Of a DNA stretch of 64,000 nucleotides, positions 19,903 through 29,779 are shown piece after piece. The notes beneath the pieces are model-generated. The model was not told the origin of the DNA, searched no databases, and worked only from the letters and a program-made list of their open reading frames with translations. Position 1 is the stretch's first letter; every line of letters starts with the position of its first letter. Origin of the DNA: Patescibacteria group bacterium. GTDB taxonomy: Bacteria > Patescibacteriota > JABMPQ01. Location of the stretch: NCBI GenBank assembly GCA_041749335.1, contig JBGTBM010000007.1, positions 85,408 through 149,407 of the forward strand, read 5' to 3'. Both the position numbers and the translations under genes were made by a program.

Positions 19903-21033
19903 ATGAAAATTTTTTATATCGCCACTACCGTCCATCTCGGTAAAAATTTAGACGAAGGCTTGGGCAGCACCACCCATACTTATTTTATTGCCAAGGAGCT
20001 TACTAAGTTGGGGCATGAAGTGCATGTAATTTCCAAAAGGTATTCCGATGATGCTAAATTTGAAATAATTAATGGCATTCAAGTACATCGTTTAAAAAGA
20101 GGAGTGGTGGCATCCGGAAAATCATTGGAAAAAAGCCCTTTTAAAAAATATTTTAAGCCGTTTAAGGCTTTTTTGAATATCGTTTTAGCTTATCAAATCT
20201 ATAAATTAGTGGATCAATACGGCTGCGATATAATTTTGGAACGGAACCATTCCTTGGGAGTCGGCGCACTAACTTCTTATCTGACCGGGCGCCCCTTGGT
20301 ATTGGAGGTGATTGATAGTATTTTAAGCAAATATTCGATCAAGCGGGCAAAACATATCATCGCCTATACCGACCGATTTTTTAGAAAAACCGATCAGTCC
20401 AAAGTTAAGTTGGTTAAGGTGGGTTTTGATCCTTCAACTTTTTATCCCGAATTTATGAAAACAAAGTATGATATTTGTTATGCGGGATCTTTCAAGCCTT
20501 GGGACGGCGTAGAAGATTTAATCGTGGCGATAAATTTATTAGTGAACAGATATCATTTAGATAAAGTCAAAGCGGTGATGGTCGGATCGGGAGAAGTTTT
20601 TGATCAGGCTATGAAACTTATCAAAAATTATAAACTGGAAAATAATATTATTATGGCGGGGCGGGTGGAAATTGCAAAAGTTCGAAAATATATCAATAGC
20701 TCGAAATTATGCGTGGCGCCTTATAATATTAAAAAATCCGATCGCGGGGAATTTGATAAATATGGATTCTATTACGCTCCGCTTAAAGTAGTTGAATATA
20801 TGGCTTGCGGAATGCCGATAGTGGCAACTAAGTATGTGATGATAAAAAATATATTGCCTCAAAACGGAGCAAAATATTTTGCCGAGGGCGATGTAGACGA
20901 TTTAGCCATTAATATTAAAGATGTGCTAAAATCCGATCAAATTTTAGCCATGGGAGAAAGTAATTTAAAGGAGTCCAAGAAATATACATGGCAAAAAGTG
21001 GCAGCGGATTTCGATCGAGTCTTTAATAGTTGA
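19903..21033 (+). CDS. Glycosyltransferase family 4
   Basis: GHEVHVI, YAGSF..WDG, PLKVVEYMACGMPIV. Confidence 0.9.
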   Translation: MKIFYIATTVHLGKNLDEGLGSTTHTYFIAKELTKLGHEVHVISKRYSDDAKFEIINGIQVHRLKRGVVASGKSLEKSPFKKYFKPFKAFLNIVLAYQIYKLVDQYGCDIILERNHSLGVGALTSYLTGRPLVLEVIDSILSKYSIKRAKHIIAYTDRFFRKTDQSKVKLVKVGFDPSTFYPEFMKTKYDICYAGSFKPWDGVEDLIVAINLLVNRYHLDKVKAVMVGSGEVFDQAMKLIKNYKLENNIIMAGRVEIAKVRKYINSSKLCVAPYNIKKSDRGEFDKYGFYYAPLKVVEYMACGMPIVATKYVMIKNILPQNGAKYFAEGDVDDLAINIKDVLKSDQILAMGESNLKESKKYTWQKVAADFDRVFNS

Positions 21034-22192
21034 TTTGTCTAAATAAAACTTTTTCTAACTCTTTGGCAAGGTTGGGATAAAAATAATTTTGCGCCTTAAT
21101 ATGTCCGCTTGCTCCGAAATTATCTCGGAGATTTTTATTTTTGAGCAGTTTTTCCAATGCATTTTCCAGGGCAATTTGATCCCAAGGTTCAATCAATAAT
21201 CCATTTACGCCATTATCAATCACAAAAGGCACTCCGCCGGCATTTGTGCCAACGCTGGGTTTGCGCTGCGCCATTGCTTGTAAAAATACCTGGCCAAAAG
21301 CTTCATAACTGGATGGCAGAACTAAAATATCGCAGGCGGCCAGCGCGTCATTTTTATCTTGGCCGTAAAGTGGTTCCAGGATAAAAACATTTTTAATATT
21401 ATCTTTTATAATTATCTCCTTAAGCTGAGTAGTAAATTCCAATTTGTCATAATCTTTATCATCGGGGCCAATATAGACAAGTTTGGCATCCGGAATTTCT
21501 CTTTGGATATTTTTAAAAGCATCAAGCAGCATAAAAATTCCTTTTTGTTTGCGAATTCGCCCTAAAAATAAAATAATTTGGCTTCTGATGCCGAACCTCC
21601 GATAAAAGTCAGTTGGGCTGCCGGGTGTTAATTCATCTTTGGTTAGTCCACATGGAGTTTCATGGACTTTATTTAGATCAATGTCCTGTTTTTTCAACCA
21701 GGGGATTACAGCTTGAGTGCGGATAAATATATTTGTGCATTTATTAAAGATCCGGCGTGCAAAAAGGCGGTCAAACAGATCGAGCGGTATTTGCTTGTAA
21801 AAGGCTCGAGGCTTTTTTTGCGATTGGATGTCATAGAGCAACACGGAAAAAGGAATATTGTTTTTCCGGCAATACCTTAGTGCTTGCCAGGTTTGCGTCT
21901 GAGCATAATCCAAACTCATTACTGCGTCCAATTTATATTTACACATTTTTTTACTAATGCCCGGCCAATATTTTGCTCGATAAAAAAAACCATAGCTAGG
22001 TAGGCGATGAATTCTGACTCCTTCTATAACATCTTCAGGCTTATCGGCTTTCTTCGTAGCTTGGGTGAAAACATGGACTTCATGCCCCAAATTAGAAAGC
22101 TCTCTGGTGATATGCAGGGAATACCACTCAATGCCGCCGGCCATGTCGGGATAATAATTAGGGCAAATGTATCCGATACGCATATATTTCAT
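21023..22192 (-). CDS. Glycosyltransferase family 4
   Basis: GGIE, FLGRIRKQKG, PSSYEAFGQVFLQAMA. Confidence 0.9.
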   Translation of the reverse strand: MKYMRIGYICPNYYPDMAGGIEWYSLHITRELSNLGHEVHVFTQATKKADKPEDVIEGVRIHRLPSYGFFYRAKYWPGISKKMCKYKLDAVMSLDYAQTQTWQALRYCRKNNIPFSVLLYDIQSQKKPRAFYKQIPLDLFDRLFARRIFNKCTNIFIRTQAVIPWLKKQDIDLNKVHETPCGLTKDELTPGSPTDFYRRFGIRSQIILFLGRIRKQKGIFMLLDAFKNIQREIPDAKLVYIGPDDKDYDKLEFTTQLKEIIIKDNIKNVFILEPLYGQDKNDALAACDILVLPSSYEAFGQVFLQAMAQRKPSVGTNAGGVPFVIDNGVNGLLIEPWDQIALENALEKLLKNKNLRDNFGASGHIKAQNYFYPNLAKELEKVLFRQINY

Positions 22193-22234
22193 TAAAACAA
22201 AAATAACTTAAGGTCGTTGTTTTGTTTCCATGTT

Positions 22235-23242
22235 TTAAAGTTCATTTGTTTCGCCGCAAACTTTGCATAGAGGCAGTTGACGTCTTTTCATCAGCTTGCG
22301 GGTTGATCTATATCTCTCACTATTCCAGATATTGTTAAAATTTTGTTCGAAAATATTACCCATCTTATATTTACCCTTAATATCATAACAACAAATGCAA
22401 ACAGTGCCGTCTGCCAAAATAAAACTGCGCTGGACATTGCTACAGGCAAAATCTCTTTTTAAGTTTTTTTCATTATCATATCGGCTTTTGCCGGAATCGG
22501 GCAAATATTCCGCTGCCAACTTATCGCTTTGTTCCCGGCTTAATATCCAGGAAGGTATTCCTAAAGATTTGACCGCGTAATCAACTTTTAAATCTTGCGC
22601 AATTTCTTTAAATTTATCTTTTTGCTGTTGATTTATTTTAGAAAAAATAAATTGCAATTCAATTTGCGGTTTTAGCTTTTTTTGAATTGTCTTTTCATTG
22701 TTGATGAATTTTATGGCGTTAATTACTTTATAAAAATCTCCGCCTTTGCGCATTTTTTGATAGGTTTCATTATCGGTGCCATCCAACGATACGATTAATT
22801 TATCTAGGCCGCTTGCGACAATCTTTTCGGCCGCGCCTTCATCGATTAAATTGGCATTACTGCTGGTAGTGGTATGAAGGTTATTCTGGTTAGCGTAGCT
22901 TACCATTTCTGTGAAATGAGGATTTAAGAAAGGCTCGCCGGCCAAAAAAAGCCAGATATGATGCGTGTGATTTTTTATTTTATTAATGGTTTGTTTAAAT
23001 TCATTTAAGGTCATCGCACGCCTGGGGCGTTCAATCAGGCAGGGCGGCGATGAGCAGAAATCACAATTTAAGTTGCAAACATTAATTGGTTCAATGCTGA
23101 TATTCCTGGGATAATTAAGAAATATTTGCTTGGGAAATATTTTAAATAAATGATAAATTTTGCCATAATCTTTGTTTTTATAATCCAGCTTTATTTCGTT
23201 TAGGTATCTTTTGGCGACGCGTTTAAATTTTTTTAAAGTCAT
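22235..23242 (-). CDS. Radical SAM/SPASM domain protein
   Basis: CNLNCDFC, GEPFLN, C-terminal C..DG.V..CC.D...GN...C..C. Confidence 0.9.
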   Translation of the reverse strand: MTLKKFKRVAKRYLNEIKLDYKNKDYGKIYHLFKIFPKQIFLNYPRNISIEPINVCNLNCDFCSSPPCLIERPRRAMTLNEFKQTINKIKNHTHHIWLFLAGEPFLNPHFTEMVSYANQNNLHTTTSSNANLIDEGAAEKIVASGLDKLIVSLDGTDNETYQKMRKGGDFYKVINAIKFINNEKTIQKKLKPQIELQFIFSKINQQQKDKFKEIAQDLKVDYAVKSLGIPSWILSREQSDKLAAEYLPDSGKSRYDNEKNLKRDFACSNVQRSFILADGTVCICCYDIKGKYKMGNIFEQNFNNIWNSERYRSTRKLMKRRQLPLCKVCGETNEL

Positions 23243-24168
23243 AGTTTTAGATAAGCGGTTAAGGCAACAATTGAAAATATAATTTCCAATAAAGTTAAAT
23301 ATAAAAAGGCATTCTGAAATTTATCCGTTTGTTCCGGGGAATCGTTTCCAATATTGAGTGAGCGTAGTCTTTTTTGTTCTCGGTCAAAGCTTTTTTTATA
23401 TAAAAAGTAATAAACTAAATAAGGGATCAGCAGGATCAAAAAAGGAATAATGGTATTTTGCAATATGGCGGCGCAGGCCACGATCGCTCCCAGGGAAAAT
23501 CTACCCACCTTGCCCAGTGAGAGTTTAGTATTGGTGAGATTATACATCTGTAAAAAAATGATGATACCACCGATCGTACTTAAAATCAGCTGCGACGTAT
23601 AGTTTTCTTCAAATACCGCCATGATAAATAAAGCTATCGTAATGATTGAGCCTAAAGCTAGATTTATTTTATTAAAGCTTTTAACGCCGTTAAAAAGCTT
23701 GGATGAAACAATGATGACAACGGGTACCGCGATAAAAAGGTAAATATTTGATTTATTTAAAGTTCCGTCAATAAAGGGATTATTTTGGTTAATAACGGCG
23801 GTTAATATGGGCATTATAGCGCAAATGAAAAAAATATTTCTTATTAAGTGAGTGGGGAATCGCAAAATATCATCAACAAAGCCGATAAAAGCGATAACCG
23901 CGATGCTTAAGAAGCTGGTGAAAAGCAAATAAGTATTTATATTTATATCGTCAGTGAAATTTTGAATGGTAAGAATAATGGAAATAACGATAAAAAAAAG
24001 CAATACGCTTAAAAGTCCTTCTAGGCTTTGTACGCGCGGTTTTTTGAATTTATTATTATCTTCGTTTCTAATCTTTTTCTTTTCTATCCAATTTTTTATA
24101 TAAGGAAATAAAGTAAAAGATAGTGTACTGGATAATAAGAAAGCGATTGTAACTAAAATCCAATTCAT
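23239..24168 (-). CDS. Degenerate MraY/GPT-like polyprenyl-phosphate sugar-1-P transferase
   Basis: Paralog of next gene; GFVDD kept, other motifs eroded. Confidence 0.65.
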   Translation of the reverse strand: MNWILVTIAFLLSSTLSFTLFPYIKNWIEKKKIRNEDNNKFKKPRVQSLEGLLSVLLFFIVISIILTIQNFTDDININTYLLFTSFLSIAVIAFIGFVDDILRFPTHLIRNIFFICAIMPILTAVINQNNPFIDGTLNKSNIYLFIAVPVVIIVSSKLFNGVKSFNKINLALGSIITIALFIMAVFEENYTSQLILSTIGGIIIFLQMYNLTNTKLSLGKVGRFSLGAIVACAAILQNTIIPFLILLIPYLVYYFLYKKSFDREQKRLRSLNIGNDSPEQTDKFQNAFLYLTLLEIIFSIVALTAYLKL

Positions 24169-25184
24169 CTATATAAATTAAATGTATGAAATATAAGGGC
24201 GATTACTGCGCATGAACCTTCAATGATCATTAATCTATGAACTAATTTTTTTTCGGTAATATTTTTTGATTTTTGCATTATCAAGTGGGTCAGTCCGTAA
24301 GCTTTTTTATATTCGCTTTTAATATTTCCCTGGCGGTCAATGACGCCTCTTTCTCTCGGCCTGGTTTTAATGGTTTTACGATCCCAGGTAATGCGCTGCT
24401 GCAATATTAAGTGTAAAAGATAAGGAATCATCAAAATTAACAGCGGATATTTAAGATTTCCTAAAATCGCTCCAACGGCAATGGCGCTGCCGGCGAAAAG
24501 AGTGCCGATATTGCCGCTAAAAATTTTGGCGGGAAACTTATTGTAAAAATAAAAGATAAGTAGTGCGCCGACCAAGGCGGCCAGAATAACCATGGCGGTT
24601 GTTTGATTAGATAAATAAGCGCAAATAAAAAGCGTAATTGATATTATTAAGCCGTTGCCGGGCATCAATCCGTCAAAATCCGCCATAATATTAATTGCAT
24701 TAGAAACAAAAACAATAATCAAGGGGACGATAATTAAAGGATAGATATAATGTAGATTGATATTTCCTAATAAGGGTACATTGAAAATAGTGCTTTGCCC
24801 GTACGCAATGGTCATCATTGGTATAGAGGCCAAGAGAGCAAAAATGGGCTTTATCGGTCTGATCGGAAACATTAAGATGTCATCTGTAATTCCCACAAAA
24901 GCCATAATGATGATTGATAAAATACCGGGAAGCAGTAGCACCAAATTAATACCATCAAAATCAAAAAGCATTTTTAAAGCGATGATGGCGGAAAGCGAAA
25001 AAAAGAAACTCAAAAGCAGGGCAATGCCGCCCAATCCCGGAATACGGCGCTGATCCAGCTTATTCATATCTGTCACGACAAATTTCTTGTATTTATGCCA
25101 TTTGATTACATAGGGAACCAGCCATAATGTTGATATGGTTGAAATTATGAAAGCGGTGATTGTTAAAAATAATTCTGATTTCAT
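24165..25184 (-). CDS. MraY/WecA/GPT superfamily transferase (archaeal AglH-like)
   Basis: DMNK..IP.LGG, GITDD, NAINIM.DFDGL, N.FPAKIFSG, YGLTHL..TEK. Confidence 0.8.
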   Translation of the reverse strand: MKSELFLTITAFIISTISTLWLVPYVIKWHKYKKFVVTDMNKLDQRRIPGLGGIALLLSFFFSLSAIIALKMLFDFDGINLVLLLPGILSIIIMAFVGITDDILMFPIRPIKPIFALLASIPMMTIAYGQSTIFNVPLLGNINLHYIYPLIIVPLIIVFVSNAINIMADFDGLMPGNGLIISITLFICAYLSNQTTAMVILAALVGALLIFYFYNKFPAKIFSGNIGTLFAGSAIAVGAILGNLKYPLLILMIPYLLHLILQQRITWDRKTIKTRPRERGVIDRQGNIKSEYKKAYGLTHLIMQKSKNITEKKLVHRLMIIEGSCAVIALIFHTFNLYR

Positions 25185-25208
25185 AATGGAAAGTATTTGT
25201 ATTTATCG

Positions 25209-25337
25209 TCCCCTCCTCAGATGAGGAGGGGAATTAAAGGGGAGGTGATGATTTTTAACAAACAGCACCCCCTCCTCCCGACTTAACGTCGGGATACTCC
25301 TGCCTGCGGTAGGCAGGCCCCCTCGACTGAGGGGGAG
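25209..25337. repeat. REP-like inverted doublet with two nested mini-palindromes
   Basis: TCCCCTCCTCA-GA-TGAGGAGGGGA..GGGGAGGTG ... CACCCCCTCC[TCCCGACTTAACGTCGGGA]TACT[CCTGCCTGCGGTAGGCAGG]CCCCCTCGACTGAGGGGG. Confidence 0.85.
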
Positions 25338-25362
25338 AAGTAAAAAATACTAATTCTTAAAG

Positions 25363-26205
25363 CTATATTTTACTTGATTCAATCTTTTCCCAATAGGTGC
25401 GATTATGCTTAAAATCCCACCAGGCCTTAGTCCAAGCCATAATGTCCAAAATAATATATAAAATCGTATAAGGATTTTTGAATATATACTTAATTTGGCT
25501 TAAGTTTCGCCTTTCGGAAATTTTCATGCCTTCTCGAGTAAGTTGCCACCAGCCGATGCGGTTGCGCGCTTTTTGTTTAATAAAATCAGATATGCTTTGT
25601 ACTGCCAGAACATAAGCAACGGCTTGGGGCTGATAGATTACTCTATGCCCCTGCTTTTTAATAAGCCATCCAACCAGAGCATCATCCAGTAAAAACTTGG
25701 TATCTATTTGCGGAGCGATGCTCTTTTTTACTCCCACCAGATATCCATTTAAAGCCCAAAATTTACCTGCATTATTTTCGGCAATTTTTTGCTCATTGAG
25801 GGCGATCCAGCCGGCATTTTGAATTTTATCAAAAAGGGTTTTTAGGCGATAACTTGCTACTTTTCCGCATGTAGCCGCCACCTTTTCATCCCTTAGGGTA
25901 TTCTCAATAATTTTAATTGCATCAGCGGCGATAATAACATCAGCGTCAATCATAATAATAATCTCATTTAGCGCTTGGCGCATAATTTTGTTAATGGCTG
26001 CAACCTTACCGGCTCTTTCTGTTTCTTCGATAATTTTTATCCGGGGATCATTGATTGATTTGACTTGGAAAACGGTGTCATCGGTGCAAGCGGAAGCGAT
26101 TACCAGTAGTTCATCGCCTTCTTCTAATTGTGGTAAAATTGTCTGAATAGTTTTTTTAATGCTCTTACCTTCATTATAAGCGGGAATTCCGACAGTTTTT
26201 AGCAT
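25363..26205 (-). CDS. Glycosyltransferase family 2
   Basis: IPAYNE, GKVAAIN, DADV, LDD, Q..R.R. Confidence 0.9.
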   Translation of the reverse strand: MLKTVGIPAYNEGKSIKKTIQTILPQLEEGDELLVIASACTDDTVFQVKSINDPRIKIIEETERAGKVAAINKIMRQALNEIIIMIDADVIIAADAIKIIENTLRDEKVAATCGKVASYRLKTLFDKIQNAGWIALNEQKIAENNAGKFWALNGYLVGVKKSIAPQIDTKFLLDDALVGWLIKKQGHRVIYQPQAVAYVLAVQSISDFIKQKARNRIGWWQLTREGMKISERRNLSQIKYIFKNPYTILYIILDIMAWTKAWWDFKHNRTYWEKIESSKI

Positions 26206-26331
26206 TGATTTATGCGCTAATTTATGATAAAATATAAATAAGAAATAAAGCTTCGTGAATAAGCCTTCCTTTTAACCAGTCTACTCAATATAGTGCAAAA
26301 AATCAATTAAAAACCTTTAAATAAGGCTAAA

Positions 26332-27231
26332 ATGATAGATATTAGGCATTTAAGCCATACTTACAAATTAAGAGGAATCAAGGCCATAGCTTTGCATGAT
26401 ATTTCTTTGAAAATCAAAAAAGGCGAAGTTTTTGGGCTTTTGGGCACAAATGGGGCCGGTAAAAGTACTTTAATTAAAATTTTAACAACCTTGCTATATC
26501 CGACGGCGGGAGAGGTGTTTATTAATGATGTAGATATCAAGAAGCGGCCGCAGGATATCAGGAGCCGCTTGGGAGTGGTTTTTGGCCAGCAGATGATCTA
26601 TACGGGACTGACCGGTCGGGATAACCTACGTTTTTTTGGCGATATATATGATGTTCAGAATTTAGAGGAAAAAATTGATAATTTAGCCAAATTTTTTGAA
26701 CTGGAGCAGTTGGATTATTTGGTAGAGGGGTATTCCAGCGGGCTGAAGATGAAATTAGCCATTATGCGCGGGCTGATTAATGATCCGGATATTTTATTTC
26801 TAGACGAACCGACTTTAGGCTTAGATCCCAATATGCAGCAAAAAATTCGCAAGAAAATCAAAGAATTGCAGAAAATGGGCAAAACCATAATTTTAACCAC
26901 CCACTATATGCTGGAGGCGGAGGATTTGTGCGATCGTATCGGCATTTTGAATAAAGGTTCGGTGGTAGCCATAGATACTCCTTTGGCCTTGCGGAAAAAA
27001 ATGCCCGGAAAAAATCTTTTAGAGGTAAAGTTCAAAAATCCCCAAGTTTTCGATAAATTCAGAAAAGACTATATTTTAACCAATGATCCTACGTTGATTA
27101 TGATTCCTATAACAGACTCCGATCATTTAAATAGCGTTTTAAAAGAACTATTGGAAAGTGGCTGTTATATTGAAGATATTAAATTGATAGAACCATCCTT
27201 GGATAAAGTATTTTCGTATTTTACCGAATAA
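26332..27231 (+). CDS. ABC transporter ATP-binding protein (NodI/DrrA-like)
   Basis: GTNGAGKST, YSSG, ILFLDEP, TTHY. Confidence 0.93.
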   Translation: MIDIRHLSHTYKLRGIKAIALHDISLKIKKGEVFGLLGTNGAGKSTLIKILTTLLYPTAGEVFINDVDIKKRPQDIRSRLGVVFGQQMIYTGLTGRDNLRFFGDIYDVQNLEEKIDNLAKFFELEQLDYLVEGYSSGLKMKLAIMRGLINDPDILFLDEPTLGLDPNMQQKIRKKIKELQKMGKTIILTTHYMLEAEDLCDRIGILNKGSVVAIDTPLALRKKMPGKNLLEVKFKNPQVFDKFRKDYILTNDPTLIMIPITDSDHLNSVLKELLESGCYIEDIKLIEPSLDKVFSYFTE

Positions 27232-27237
27232 AAAAAT

Positions 27238-28056
27238 ATGACCCTGCAGCATATTAAAAATAAAATAAAAACAATTCAAGCTTATGTAGTTAAAGATATT
27301 AAGCTTACTTTTCGTTTTCGTATGTCATTGGTCAATAAGTTTTTTGCTCCAATTTTAACGATGTTGAGCTTTATGGTAACTTATTCCGCGATCTTTTTTG
27401 GCGCGGGTACTGAAGATCTCGGCTTTGTTGACAGCAGCAACTATGTGGTTTATCTTTTGACCGGGTTTTTGGCTTATTCGGTTTTTCGCTTGGCCTGGGG
27501 AATTACCTCATTAAGAGGAGAAGTTAGCTCATTGACTTTATATGGCATGTTGATGGCTCCCGGATCGCGAGTATATATTTTGGCGGGCAAGGCAGTCAGG
27601 GCTTTGGCGGAAATATTTATTTCGGCCGGCGGATTTGCGGCGATGATAATATTTTTGAATCCCGCGATTGATGCAAAAAATTTAATCATCGGTTTGGGCG
27701 CTATTATTTTGCTTTTTATTATTTTTATCAGCCTGGATTTTATGGTTACCGCTATTGATTTAGTCAATCCCGGCATTGCAGGAGTGATTACCAGCTATGT
27801 TCCCAAGGGATTTTTACTGATTGGCTGCGTTTATTTTCCGGTGGATGTTATTCCGGAAATATTCCGTCCGCTGGTTTACATTAATCCGCTCTATCACGCT
27901 GTGAATCTTTTCCGTTCGGGTTTTATGGCGGCCGATTTGCAATTTGGCGTGATGATGCCGATGATCTATCTTTTGGTTCTGGCCTTAATAATGCCAATTC
28001 TATCGCTATACATATTTGATCTGGTATTTAAAAAATGGAATATTAGAGGATTATAA
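27238..28056 (+). CDS. ABC-2 type permease
   Basis: Multiple TMs; YFPVD.IP...INPLYHAVNLFR. Confidence 0.9.
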   Translation: MTLQHIKNKIKTIQAYVVKDIKLTFRFRMSLVNKFFAPILTMLSFMVTYSAIFFGAGTEDLGFVDSSNYVVYLLTGFLAYSVFRLAWGITSLRGEVSSLTLYGMLMAPGSRVYILAGKAVRALAEIFISAGGFAAMIIFLNPAIDAKNLIIGLGAIILLFIIFISLDFMVTAIDLVNPGIAGVITSYVPKGFLLIGCVYFPVDVIPEIFRPLVYINPLYHAVNLFRSGFMAADLQFGVMMPMIYLLVLALIMPILSLYIFDLVFKKWNIRGL

Positions 28057-28068
28057 AAAAATAATTAT

Positions 28069-28746
28069 ATGCAAAAAACAAAAACAAAAATCAAAAAAGC
28101 GGTGATCTTGACCGGAGGGTTGAATAGCCGCATGCTTCCCATCAGCAAGGTGATTCCTAAAGTGATGCTACCCTATAAGGATAAATTAACGATCCAGTAT
28201 TTAGTGGAAGAATGTGTCAATGCCGGCATTGAAAAAATATATTTTGTTGTGAGAGACGACGATTCATTGATTAAAAAATATTTTGAACCCAGCCCCCGGC
28301 TGAATTTCATGCTGCAAAAATACGGCAAAAAAGAAATGGTAGATAAATTAAACCAGATCGAAAATTATTGCGAGGTTTATTTTATCAAACAGCCCGAACC
28401 TTTAGGAGAAGCGGATGCCGCTTACGCGGTGCACGATGTTATAAACGGGGATGATTTTGCCGTTCTCTTGGGCGACACCATCTATGTCTCGGAAGAACCG
28501 GCTATTAAGCAATTAATGATCAAAACCGAAGGACAATATTGTAAATTAAAAATGGCCGATAGCCGTTTTATTTTTAGTCATAATTCCTATAAATTATTTT
28601 GTTCCCGGTATCATAAAGAAGAAGACAAAATGGATAAAAGGATTGAGGACATGTTTGAAGATGATGAAATCTGTTTTACTACTATTTCCGGCCAGAAAAT
28701 CAGGGTAGGAGAGTTGGAACAATATAAGAAATTATTTGTGGAATAA
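28069..28746 (+). CDS. Shortened GalU-like nucleotidyltransferase
   Basis: KAVILTGGLNSRMLPISK.IPK, QPEPLG, FAVLLGD; 225 aa, lacks VEKP region. Confidence 0.75.
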   Translation: MQKTKTKIKKAVILTGGLNSRMLPISKVIPKVMLPYKDKLTIQYLVEECVNAGIEKIYFVVRDDDSLIKKYFEPSPRLNFMLQKYGKKEMVDKLNQIENYCEVYFIKQPEPLGEADAAYAVHDVINGDDFAVLLGDTIYVSEEPAIKQLMIKTEGQYCKLKMADSRFIFSHNSYKLFCSRYHKEEDKMDKRIEDMFEDDEICFTTISGQKIRVGELEQYKKLFVE

Positions 28747-28748
28747 AG

Positions 28749-29114
28749 ATGAATGTAAAAAGATTTAAAAAAATCACGAGGAATATCATTTATGAGGTAA
28801 TTCCTCATGCAGTTCCTTGCGTCATATTATCCCTTTTTGATACTTCACAAGTCGGGATGATTTTTTTAGTGGGACTTTTTTTGCCCGATTTTTTAGTATT
28901 TTTCAGTAAAATGACAGCTTATCCTGCCCGTCGGAACGACAAGGGCGAGAAAATTGTTAGATATCCATATCTTCGGTATAATAAAATTAGAAATATAATA
29001 AAATCATTCCATGTTCTTACTTTTATGATTGCCGTAGTGGCCTTATTTTTGGGTTATCCGTTGGTATTTTTGGCAGGATTGAGTCATATTGTATTGGATG
29101 CGATAGGGTATTAA
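28749..29114 (+). CDS. Membrane protein, metal-dependent hydrolase-like
   Basis: H...LPD...FH...SH..LD pattern. Confidence 0.5.
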   Translation: MNVKRFKKITRNIIYEVIPHAVPCVILSLFDTSQVGMIFLVGLFLPDFLVFFSKMTAYPARRNDKGEKIVRYPYLRYNKIRNIIKSFHVLTFMIAVVALFLGYPLVFLAGLSHIVLDAIGY

Positions 29115-29198
29115 TGTGGGGAGCGGTAGGGACTTTATTTTATGCAATATTGCTGTGGCGGAAAGTTAGACGAAAATTATCAATAAAAGCAGTAAAAA

Positions 29199-29336
29199 GT
29201 TACAAGGACACAAGATACAAGGATACAAAAATATTATAAATAAAGTCAAATAGTTGATTGTGGTTTAAATAATTTGACATAAAATAATTCAAGGAGGAAT
29301 GCATCAAGTAACAAGTGACAAGAAACAAGATACAAA
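29199..29336 (+). repeat. NNACAAG heptamer arrays (left arm)
   Basis: 29199-29230 GTTACAAG GACACAAG ATACAAG; 29302-29336 CATCAAG TAACAAG TGACAAG AAACAAG ATACAAA. Confidence 0.8.
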
Positions 29337-29688
29337 AGTTCATCAATTTGATTTAGAGGATAGAACCACGGAATTTGCTAAAAGAGTGGTGAGATTATGT
29401 AGATTCATTCCAAAAGATTCTATCAATAATCGCTTGTCGGGACAGGCTGTAGGATCAGCCGGATCGATCGGGGCAAATTATCGAGAAGCAAATGATGCAC
29501 TGGGAAAAAAAGATTTCACGCATCGCTTACGAATAGCGCGCAAAGAAGCGAAAGAAGCAATTCATTGGTTAGACTTAATTGAAGAAGCTAATCCATATAT
29601 ATCTCACAGAATGAAAGAACTGAAACAAGAAGCAATCGAATTAAAGAATATTTTATCAGCTATAATTATTAACACGGAAAAGAAATAA
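29299..29688 (+). CDS. Four-helix-bundle protein (23S-IVS/Avd-like family)
   Basis: FDLEDRT..FA, Q..GSAGSIGANYREA, F..RLRIARKEAKE..HWL. Confidence 0.9.
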   Translation: MHQVTSDKKQDTKVHQFDLEDRTTEFAKRVVRLCRFIPKDSINNRLSGQAVGSAGSIGANYREANDALGKKDFTHRLRIARKEAKEAIHWLDLIEEANPYISHRMKELKQEAIELKNILSAIIINTEKK

Positions 29689-29742
29689 TCTATAATCAAT
29701 ATATTTGGAATTTAAAAATTGAATTTTGAAATTTGTTTGTTG

Positions 29743-29770
29743 CTTGTATCTTGTAACTTGTTTCTTGTAT
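29743..29770 (+). repeat. CTTGTNN heptamer array (right arm, inverted to left)
   Basis: CTTGTAT CTTGTAA CTTGTTT CTTGTAT. Confidence 0.85.
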
Positions 29771-29779
29771 AATACATTT

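Noticed and set aside
26332-28056. Wzm/Wzt assignment for the ABC pair
   Set aside because: The ATPase looks NodI/DrrA-like; substrate cannot be inferred from sequence.
29726-29779. N-terminal extension MKFVCCLYLVTCFLYNTF of the sugar transferase
   Set aside because: Translation of the heptamer array; ATG 29780 fits the family start.
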